Shown in pieces: positions 9,061 to 16,929 of a stretch of DNA of 64,000 nucleotides (positions within the stretch are counted from its first letter, which is position 1; each line of letters begins with the position of its first letter). A program made the translations under genes and the position numbers. This stretch comes from an uncultured Alphaproteobacteria bacterium (lineage in GTDB: Bacteria > Pseudomonadota > Alphaproteobacteria > RF32 > CAG-239), in the NCBI GenBank assembly GCA_944393175.1, contig CALXZH010000027.1, positions 54,926 to 118,925 on the forward strand, read 5' to 3'. The notes under the pieces are model-generated. The model ran no database searches and had not been told where the DNA came from. It worked only from the letters and a program-made list of their open reading frames with translations.

Positions 9061-10313
9061 AGCTTTAGAGCCTCCTCTTTACTAATCATTCGGCACACAT
9101 TGGACAGAACATTCTTTTTACGTTCTAAATTATCGCTTATTAATTGCTCTAAATTGGTTTTGACCCAAAAATCATGAATATTTACGTGCCGTCCTATGCC
9201 CTTAGAATTTACACTTTCCAAACCTTCTATCTTACTCTTATAATTGAATGTCTGAGAAAAATAAATAATATTATTGCAGATTTGCATATCTAAGCCAAAC
9301 TTATCCACGCCATAGGTGCAAAACATTATATCCGAATGCCTTTCAAATTCTTTTATGGCTTTCTTTTTGTTGGTTTTTCCGGTAAGTTCAACACAGTTAA
9401 TATCCGTAAAGAACCGGCTTTCTTTGAAAAATGTCAGTTCATCCAAAAATTTTGTATAAACTATCGCTTTTTCGCCTTGTTCAACTATTTTCTTTACCAA
9501 TTCTTGCAGTTTTTGTAATTTATTGTTGGATAAAGTATACATTCGCTGAAAATTTTGTACGACATCCATAAAGACGACTTGTTCCTTATTTTGTAAAAAT
9601 TTTATCTTTTCATCACTATAGCTTTTTTCTTCCTGCGGGGTTAGGTCAAAGTAATAATCATTTTGGGTTATTTCAAGCTTTTCTCCGAAATCATAGCCCA
9701 AAACATAAGGTTTCATATATTCAAATACTTTTGCTTCGTCTTCGGGGCGAGACCACCGCCTCATTACCAAATAGTTGCTATATTTAAACGGCATAAATAT
9801 ATGGCCGAACTGCTTTTCGTTCATGCGTAATATTTTACTGCTCATAAATTCAATTTGCGAATATAAATCTATCAAACCTTGCGCTAACGGGATACTGCTT
9901 AATATCAAGCGATAAGCAAAGTGCGAACTTAACGAAAGCAAACGTTGCGTTCGTCCTGCCTCCGTGTTTTTTATGGTAATGCTCTCGTCTACCACGCAAA
10001 ATATTTTGAAATTATGTGTCAAATTATATAGTTCCAAATATTTTTCATCCGAGGCCGAAATGCTTTCTATTGAATAAAAATAAATTCTATGGCGAAACGT
10101 ACGATTGTTTTTTTTGATTTCGTTCATATACATTTTTGTCGCCAAAAATCCGGCAGGAGCTATCCAAACCACAAAATCGACATCTTTTAGCTTTGCAGCC
10201 ACCAATGCAAGAGCCGTTTCGATTTTTTTATTAATTTTATTTATAAACAGAATCCCCGATTTTAGCTCAGATAGTCGTTGATGTGCCTGTTCTTTTGTTT
10301 TTTGTTCATCCAT
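9057..10313 (-). CDS. SNF2-like helicase-fold protein with degenerate ATPase motifs
   Basis: VVDESITIKN aligns with the DExH/KN motif II. LILSSIPLAQGLIDLYSQIEFM aligns with LLLTGTPxQN...L..FL. AIVYTKF...VELTGKT...FGLDMQICNNIIYF aligns with the helicase-C lobe. No GxGKT is present where motif I should be (ILFINKINKKIETA). Confidence 0.6.
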   Translation of the reverse strand: MDEQKTKEQAHQRLSELKSGILFINKINKKIETALALVAAKLKDVDFVVWIAPAGFLATKMYMNEIKKNNRTFRHRIYFYSIESISASDEKYLELYNLTHNFKIFCVVDESITIKNTEAGRTQRLLSLSSHFAYRLILSSIPLAQGLIDLYSQIEFMSSKILRMNEKQFGHIFMPFKYSNYLVMRRWSRPEDEAKVFEYMKPYVLGYDFGEKLEITQNDYYFDLTPQEEKSYSDEKIKFLQNKEQVVFMDVVQNFQRMYTLSNNKLQKLQELVKKIVEQGEKAIVYTKFLDELTFFKESRFFTDINCVELTGKTNKKKAIKEFERHSDIMFCTYGVDKFGLDMQICNNIIYFSQTFNYKSKIEGLESVNSKGIGRHVNIHDFWVKTNLEQLISDNLERKKNVLSNVCRMISKEEALKL

Positions 10314-10409
10314 GTCCGTCTCACAATTTGCTTTTTCTTATTAAAATATAGTTCGTTTATATGCCGTTTGCACCTTGATTATAACATTTTAGAAACATTT
10401 TTATTTTTT

Positions 10410-10425
10410 TGGCACAAAAATTGCA
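10410..10425 (+). promoter_or_regulatory. Sigma-54 (-24/-12) promoter upstream of flgI
   Basis: TGGCACaaaaaTTGCA fits TGGCAC-N5-TTGCA exactly, about 45 nt upstream of the flgI ATG. Sigma-54 control of flagellar basal-body and hook genes is established in Caulobacter-type hierarchies. Confidence 0.6.
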
Positions 10426-10470
10426 TATTATCCAGCAGATTAATGTAAAGTTTTTAGGGTATGGTTAATT

Positions 10471-11595
10471 ATGAAAACACTTTCTTTTAGAAAATCAGCA
10501 ATTTTGACCTTGGTTTGCTCTTGGTTTGTGTGCTTGCCTGATTGGACTTGGGCAAGTTCAAGAATCAAGGATATTGCAGATTTTGAAGGCGTGAGAGAAA
10601 ACCAGTTAGTCGGTTACGGACTTGTGGTTGGTTTGAATGGTACGGGAGATAACATCAAATCCATTAACTTTGCCAAAGAAAGCTTGATAAGCATGCTTGA
10701 CCAACTCGGAATTAATGCTCGCGACGGGCAGCTCAAGTCAAAAAATATTGCTGCCGTTATGGTGACCGCCAGCTTGCCGCCTTTTGCACGCCAAGGAAGC
10801 CGCATTGACGTGACGGTCAGCGCCATGGGTGATGCCAAAGATTTGCAAGGCGGAACCTTGATTGCAACTCCTTTGAGCGCTGCAAACGGTGAAATCTACG
10901 CTCTGGCTCAAGGGCAAATTGCAACCGGCAGTGTTTCGGCCAGAAGTAACGGAAATTCTATCACCAAAGGTGTTCCGACTTCAGGTAGAATTGCCAATGG
11001 TGCAATCATAGAAAATGAGGTCGATTTCTCTTTGGAAGATTTAAAAAATATTCGTATTGCTTTACGCAATCCTGATTTTACCACAGCCAGACGTGTTTCC
11101 GATGCCATTAATGCAATGCTTGGTCAACCGGCGGCAAAAGCTACCGACCCAACGACGGTTGATTTGGAAATTCCTGCCGAGTATCGCGGCAAAGTCGTCG
11201 ATTTGATGACAAAAATCGAACAACTGCAAGTTCAACCTGACCAATTGGCTAAAGTCGTTATTGATGAAAGTTCAGGAATTATTGTCATCGGCAAAGATGT
11301 TAAAATCAATAAATTAGCCATTGCACAGGGCAATTTAACCATCAAAATCTCGGAAACTCCTTTAGTTTCCCAACCTTTGCCTTTTTCTGACGGTGTTACC
11401 GTTACGCAAGATTTAACCGCTATTGACGTTAACGAAAGTGTTAACAGTAAACTCAGCGTGTTGGATGCAGGGGTTAATCTGCAAGAGCTCGTTGACGGAC
11501 TTAATGCCTTAGGCGTTACTCCCAGAGATTTAATCAGTATTTTGCAAGCCGTGAAAGCAAGCGGTGCTTTGCAAGCAGATATTGAGGTGATGTAA
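10471..11595 (+). CDS. flgI: Flagellar P-ring protein
   Basis: A signal peptide followed by SRIKDIADFEGVRENQLVGYGLVVGLNGTGD, which is typical of FlgI. Confidence 0.95.
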   Translation: MKTLSFRKSAILTLVCSWFVCLPDWTWASSRIKDIADFEGVRENQLVGYGLVVGLNGTGDNIKSINFAKESLISMLDQLGINARDGQLKSKNIAAVMVTASLPPFARQGSRIDVTVSAMGDAKDLQGGTLIATPLSAANGEIYALAQGQIATGSVSARSNGNSITKGVPTSGRIANGAIIENEVDFSLEDLKNIRIALRNPDFTTARRVSDAINAMLGQPAAKATDPTTVDLEIPAEYRGKVVDLMTKIEQLQVQPDQLAKVVIDESSGIIVIGKDVKINKLAIAQGNLTIKISETPLVSQPLPFSDGVTVTQDLTAIDVNESVNSKLSVLDAGVNLQELVDGLNALGVTPRDLISILQAVKASGALQADIEVM

Positions 11596-11596
11596 A

Positions 11597-11965
11597 ATGA
11601 CTACCATGGCAGGAAATATAAACGATTTTGCCTCGCAGGGCTTGGTTTTGAATGTAAAACCAAACACCTCTTTGCTGGGTAATAAAATTTTCTCAAAAGA
11701 AGAGGCGAAAGAAACTGCTCAAGACTTTGAGGCATTCTTCATGACCAAAATGATGGAAAGCATGTTTGAAGGCATTTCAACCGATGGAATGTTTGGCGGT
11801 GGAAATGCCGAAAAAGTTTATCGCTCCTTGCTCCTTAACGAATACGGAAAAGCTATGGCAAAGACCAGTTCTATCGGCGTGTCCGATGATATTATGTCTG
11901 CAATTTTACAAATGCAGGAAGCCGCTTCTTCTCAAGCAAATGATAAAATTGAAGTAAAATTGTGA
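11597..11965 (+). CDS. flgJ: Rod-binding protein (FlgJ N-terminal domain only, no muramidase domain)
   Basis: AQDFEAFFMTKMMESMF motif, 122 aa, positioned immediately after flgI. Confidence 0.8.
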   Translation: MTTMAGNINDFASQGLVLNVKPNTSLLGNKIFSKEEAKETAQDFEAFFMTKMMESMFEGISTDGMFGGGNAEKVYRSLLLNEYGKAMAKTSSIGVSDDIMSAILQMQEAASSQANDKIEVKL

Positions 11966-11973
11966 GGTGAAAC

Positions 11974-12429
11974 ATGACTGAAACGATTTCTCAAAATGAT
12001 ATGAAAAATAAAATTACAGACTATTTAGAGATACTGTCTCAGTTTATGTCCTTAATTAAACAGGAAAACGAGGCATTAAGAAAATATGACGTGTTTACCG
12101 TCAGTTCTTTATATCCTCAAAAGGCTAAAATTGTGGCGGCTTATAGAAATATGGTTGCTTTCTTTATTAAAAACCAAGCATTGCTTAATGCTTTGCCCGA
12201 ACAGGAAAGAAACAATTTAAAGGCCGTTTCTGCGGAATTAGACACGCTGTTGCAGGAAAACAACTTATTATTAAAAACCAGAATGGAAACCAGTGAATCT
12301 GTGATTGGAACTATTGTCAATGCGGCAAAAGCAAGTACGAAAAAAAATGCTACCTCTTATGGGGCTCACGGGCAATTTTCTCCGGTTGACAATCATCACA
12401 GCTCTATGGCTATTAACAGTACATTTTAG
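11974..12429 (+). CDS. Probable flagellar chaperone, FlgN-like
   Basis: 151-aa helical protein (LEILSQFMSLIKQENEALRKYD...) located directly upstream of flgK-flgL. The call rests on position and composition. Confidence 0.5.
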   Translation: MTETISQNDMKNKITDYLEILSQFMSLIKQENEALRKYDVFTVSSLYPQKAKIVAAYRNMVAFFIKNQALLNALPEQERNNLKAVSAELDTLLQENNLLLKTRMETSESVIGTIVNAAKASTKKNATSYGAHGQFSPVDNHHSSMAINSTF

Positions 12430-12440
12430 GAGTTAAGACC

Positions 12441-14624
12441 ATGGTTATGTTAGCAGGATTACAGACTTCTCTCAGCGGCATGAAAGCGGCTCAGAATCAG
12501 TTAAATATCGTCAGCAGCAATATTGCCAATGTCGATACGGTAGGCTATACCAGAAAAACAGCTGCTCAAAATAATGTGGTCTTGGGTGGTTCAAGCGTAG
12601 GCGTCCAACTCGGCGACATCACTCGTACCGTTAACGAAGGATTGCTCAAGAGCTATCTCTCTTCTAACAGTACAACCAATAACTATAGTGCTCAAAGCCA
12701 ATATTTGGAAAAAGCCGAAACTTTACTGGGTACTCCTCAAGGAAATAACTCAATTGCCGCAAATGTCAGCGATTTGCAATCGGCAATCGAAACCTTTGCT
12801 TCCGATGTGACTTCAGCCTCGGGAAGATATACGCTTTTGACTAATGCCAGCACTTTAGCCAATCGTTTAAATTCTCTTACAACCGAAATTCAAAAATTAC
12901 GTGGCGATGCTGATTTAAATGTTTCGGAATCTTGTGATAAGATTAACGACTATTTGGATAAACTTCAGGAACTTAACGACCAGATTGTTAAATATAAAGT
13001 CTTAAATTATGATGGCGTGGCTGATTTGGAAGACCAACGCGACCAAGCCCTGCGCGAGCTTAGCGGATTAATTGATATTTCTTATTTTAAGCGTGAAAAC
13101 GGTGAAATCGTCATTCAAACCAACGGCGGTGTCACTTTGTTGGACAGATACCCTCACTACTTGTCACACAGTGCAGTCGCTCAAGCCAGCCCAACCAGCT
13201 CTTATGCCGGCGGCGGAATTAACGGAATTATGGTCGATGGGGAAGATATTACCAATTCAATTAATGACGGCGAACTCAAAGGTTTAATTAATATTCGAGA
13301 TAATCTATTACCTTCGCTGCAATCACAACTCAATGAATTGGCAGGTGTTTTGAAAGACAATGTCAATCAGATGCATAACCGTGGTACCGCTTATCCAAAT
13401 GCTCCGTCGGAACTGACGGGTACAAGGACCTTTATTGATCCTGATAACCAAAATATTCAGATTTCTAACGGTGATGTACATTTTACGATTTTTGATGCCG
13501 ACGGTAAACAAGTTGCAACAACAACTTTGCTCGGCGGCTTAGGCTTTCCTGATGCCGGAGGCAGCGTGTCAGATATGGTCGGTTTGCTCAACGACTGGTT
13601 GACTGCTGCAGACGGCGCTAACCTGCCCCAAGCTTATGCGCAAATTAATGATGACGGAAAACTTGTCATTAACACGGGAGACAGCAATTACTCCTTTGCC
13701 GTACAAGATTTGGCCTCATCAACTCCGGGAAGTGAACAACAAGATGTAACTATTCAATATGATGTTAACGGTGATAATATTGCTGACCGCACGATGCAAG
13801 GATTTTCTTACTTCTTCGGCCTTAATGATTTTTTCACCAGCACGATGAATGAACATGTCTATGATTCAAATGTTTTGGGTTTGACTGCAAATCTTGGTGT
13901 AACAAGTCCCATCACTCTCAATTTTGCAACGGGGAATAACACTAATCTCGGATCCATAACTATTTCCTCCAGTGATAACTTACAAACAATTGTTAATAAA
14001 ATTAATTCAGATACCAATTTGAATGGGCAAATTAAAGCTTCGCTTATTCCAAACGGAAACGGTTATGTCTTGCAAATTAATAATACTTCGGGTGAACAGT
14101 TGGAAATCAGTGAACAAGCCGTTAATGGAAAAACATCCGGTTTCTTGAGCAGAATCGGAATGCATCCTTCAAATGCTGATGCGGCAGGCTCGATTGCCGT
14201 TCGTGAAGATTTGATGGAGAATCCGGCTGCTATTGCTGCAGGCTCACCAGAATTCAATACTAATTCCGGTGAATTTCAGCTTAATCCGGCCGCTAACAAT
14301 ATTGCTAATGATATGGCTTCGGTGTTCAGCGAATCTTTAACCTTTGCTCAAGCCGGAAATATTGCCAAGACCAGCACGACTATTGCAAACTATGCTTCAA
14401 CTTTTGTCGGCTCCGTGGCTACGGAAACCAGCAGTGCTCAATCAAATTTGAGCTATCAACAAGAATTAACCGATTCAATTTCAATGAAAGAGGCTACCAT
14501 AAGCGGCGTCGATCAAGACCAAGAATTGGCTCAGTTGATTATCTTTCAGCAGAGCTATGCCGCTTGCGCACAAACCTTTACCGCGTCTAAAGAAATGTTA
14601 GACATCTTACTCGGTATGCTTTAA
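12441..14624 (+). CDS. flgK: Flagellar hook-associated protein 1
   Basis: N-terminal GLQTSLSGMKAAQNQLNIVSSNIANVDTVGYTRK and C-terminal ELAQLIIFQQSYAACAQTFTASKEMLDILL. Confidence 0.9.
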   Translation: MVMLAGLQTSLSGMKAAQNQLNIVSSNIANVDTVGYTRKTAAQNNVVLGGSSVGVQLGDITRTVNEGLLKSYLSSNSTTNNYSAQSQYLEKAETLLGTPQGNNSIAANVSDLQSAIETFASDVTSASGRYTLLTNASTLANRLNSLTTEIQKLRGDADLNVSESCDKINDYLDKLQELNDQIVKYKVLNYDGVADLEDQRDQALRELSGLIDISYFKRENGEIVIQTNGGVTLLDRYPHYLSHSAVAQASPTSSYAGGGINGIMVDGEDITNSINDGELKGLINIRDNLLPSLQSQLNELAGVLKDNVNQMHNRGTAYPNAPSELTGTRTFIDPDNQNIQISNGDVHFTIFDADGKQVATTTLLGGLGFPDAGGSVSDMVGLLNDWLTAADGANLPQAYAQINDDGKLVINTGDSNYSFAVQDLASSTPGSEQQDVTIQYDVNGDNIADRTMQGFSYFFGLNDFFTSTMNEHVYDSNVLGLTANLGVTSPITLNFATGNNTNLGSITISSSDNLQTIVNKINSDTNLNGQIKASLIPNGNGYVLQINNTSGEQLEISEQAVNGKTSGFLSRIGMHPSNADAAGSIAVREDLMENPAAIAAGSPEFNTNSGEFQLNPAANNIANDMASVFSESLTFAQAGNIAKTSTTIANYASTFVGSVATETSSAQSNLSYQQELTDSISMKEATISGVDQDQELAQLIIFQQSYAACAQTFTASKEMLDILLGML

Positions 14625-14640
14625 TCGGGAGGACTGAACT

Positions 14641-16878
14641 ATGAGAGTACCTACTTATGCAACTTATATGAATATGACCAATGATACAATTGCCAATAAA
14701 AAGTTGGTCGATCTTTATAGCTATCAATCTATTACCGGATTAAAAGCACAAACCTATTCCGGATATGGAATGAGTGCTTCCACAATCGTGTCTTTGGAAG
14801 CGACACTCGGCGTTACCAATAATTTTATGGAAAATAATAAAATTACGGAAGTCGAAATAAAAACCATGAATACTTCCATGGAATCCATTCAAGATGCAAT
14901 CAATGACTTCAAAAGCGCTTTAACCAGCTTTAGCGGCTTGGTCACAGGAAGTACATCAACCACCACGACGGATGAAACCGGCGGCAAAATTACCTTTACA
15001 AGTAATGACCCGGCTGATTATTTGGGAAAGACAATTGTTGTTGATGGCGTGACCTATACTTTTGCTAATGATGCTACCGGCAATAATATTGACATAAACG
15101 GAGCTACATCTGCACAAGATGTTATGGATGCTTTGGAAAATAAGCTTCCGGCTAATGCTGATTTTAACTTTAACGGCACAACCTTTACCTATCCTTTGGG
15201 AACGGTTGCAAATAATTCAACCATTATCTCGGCTAACGGTGTGACTACCGGTGAACCGGTAACATCAACTTCAGGCGGAAAAAATCTCACACCGGACTAC
15301 ACGGGTGGTGAAATTACCTTCACTAATAATACCGTAGCTGATTACATGGGAACAACTATTACTGTTAACGGTATTCAATATACTTTTGCCGATAATTCCA
15401 ACGGTAATAATATTGATATTAGCGGGGCAGCCGATGCCGAAGGCGTTATGGCTGCACTGCAGGCAAAACTTCCGGCTAATCCCGATTTTTCATTTAACGG
15501 AGCGACTTTTAGTTTTCCAAGCTATACCATTAACGGGTCGTCAAGCGTCTTAAATGTAAGCGGTGTGGAAACAGGTGAGCCTTACACCATGTCGGCCGAC
15601 CAATATCGTGAAATGCAACAGCTGCAACAACAAGCTTTCACGACCTTGAAGATGTTGGTAGACAGCTTAAATACTTTTGCTAACGGAAAATATTTGTTTG
15701 GCGGCGGTGTGTCAAGTCAGCCTCCGGTTAGCATTCCTTTTACTTCTTTGGATGCTTTCCAAGCTTATTATGACGGGATTAATATTCAGTATCCCTCTAA
15801 TTCGAGTGCCGACTTGTCTGATTTTTCGGTTAATGCCGATGATACCGGAGCAATCACCTTACAGCTCAACGGTGATAACACCAACCAAGGCACCATTACC
15901 GCCGCTAATGCCGGAGGATTCTTAAAACCTGTCTTAACGGCTAATGACAAAACGACCGGAACACTCACCTTTAACAGCGATAAAAATACGCTGAATTCTA
16001 CGCAATACGGTGCATTTGATACTTTGAGCGCCGGTGACACAATCGTTTTGGGCGGAGATGCCGCAGGTAATAATGCCAAGGCTTATATTATTAAATCGGT
16101 TTCGGCTGACGGTAAAACAATTACCTTTGACGAATCGACTCCGATTGCCGAAGATGCCGTGATTAACCCAACCAACAATTTGACCATGAGCAAATCTTTT
16201 CCGGTTGGCTCCGTCATTAATATGGAAGGATTTAACAATAACAACATTGCCAGTCAGGTTCAAGTTACCGGAATTAGCGATGACGGTACTCAGCTCTATG
16301 TTACGGTTGATCCGTCACGTTTTCCGACTACAACCATTCCGGCATCAAGTTCTTGGAGTATGAGCAACGAATCTTACTATCAAGGCGGTAACTTAGATTC
16401 TGAAAAACGTATCTCTGAAAATCAAACTTTGAATTTTGATATTAATGCAGGTGACCCCGCCTTTGAAAAACTCTTCCGCGCGTTGGGTACAATCGCACAA
16501 GGCAACTTGGTTGACACCCGCAATCCCGCCGATGAATTTGTGGGAACAATTGATTCTCAAAATCCGCTCGACCGTGTTAACGAAGCACTCGATTTAATCA
16601 GTGAGGCCTTGTTTAATGCCGGAGAAAATGCAACAACTCCTAATGCTGATATATACTCAATCTCGGCAAAAATTAATGCAAACTATGTAGTGTTAAATCA
16701 AACAATTGAAAATCAGACCAATTTGGCGGCTAATATGGAAAACAACATCAGCTCACTCAAAGATGTTGATAAGACTGAGGCGGCTACTAAATTGTTATTA
16801 GCCTCGCAAAATTTGGAGGCATCTTACGCCGTACTGCAACAAGCCATGAGCTTGAGTTTGCTAAACTATATGAATTAA
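14641..16878 (+). CDS. flgL: Flagellar hook-associated protein 3 (hook-filament junction), unusually long at 745 aa
   Basis: Flagellin-type N terminus and C terminus (EAATKLLLASQNLEASYAVLQQAMSLSLLNYM), positioned after flgK. Confidence 0.8.
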   Translation: MRVPTYATYMNMTNDTIANKKLVDLYSYQSITGLKAQTYSGYGMSASTIVSLEATLGVTNNFMENNKITEVEIKTMNTSMESIQDAINDFKSALTSFSGLVTGSTSTTTTDETGGKITFTSNDPADYLGKTIVVDGVTYTFANDATGNNIDINGATSAQDVMDALENKLPANADFNFNGTTFTYPLGTVANNSTIISANGVTTGEPVTSTSGGKNLTPDYTGGEITFTNNTVADYMGTTITVNGIQYTFADNSNGNNIDISGAADAEGVMAALQAKLPANPDFSFNGATFSFPSYTINGSSSVLNVSGVETGEPYTMSADQYREMQQLQQQAFTTLKMLVDSLNTFANGKYLFGGGVSSQPPVSIPFTSLDAFQAYYDGINIQYPSNSSADLSDFSVNADDTGAITLQLNGDNTNQGTITAANAGGFLKPVLTANDKTTGTLTFNSDKNTLNSTQYGAFDTLSAGDTIVLGGDAAGNNAKAYIIKSVSADGKTITFDESTPIAEDAVINPTNNLTMSKSFPVGSVINMEGFNNNNIASQVQVTGISDDGTQLYVTVDPSRFPTTTIPASSSWSMSNESYYQGGNLDSEKRISENQTLNFDINAGDPAFEKLFRALGTIAQGNLVDTRNPADEFVGTIDSQNPLDRVNEALDLISEALFNAGENATTPNADIYSISAKINANYVVLNQTIENQTNLAANMENNISSLKDVDKTEAATKLLLASQNLEASYAVLQQAMSLSLLNYMN
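14980..15582 (+). repeat. Intragenic tandem duplication in flgL: two 93-aa units separated by a 15-aa linker, period 108 aa
   Basis: Unit 1 is 14980-15258: GGKITFTSNDPADYLGKTIVVDGVTYTFANDATGNNIDINGATSAQDVMDALENKLPANADFNFNGTTF...GVTTGEP. Unit 2 is 15304-15582: GGEITFTNNTVADYMGTTITVNGIQYTFADNSNGNNIDISGAADAEGVMAALQAKLPANPDFSFNGATF...GVETGEP. Confidence 0.8.
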
Positions 16879-16894
16879 ATCAATACAAATACGT

Positions 16895-16929
16895 AAAAAA
16901 ATGCCGGAGAAAATCTCCGGTATTTTTTT
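16895..16929. terminator. Bidirectional intrinsic terminator between convergent flgL and malQ
   Basis: An A-run, CCGGAGA-aaa-TCTCCGG (16904-16920), then a T-run that overlaps the malQ stop. Confidence 0.7.
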
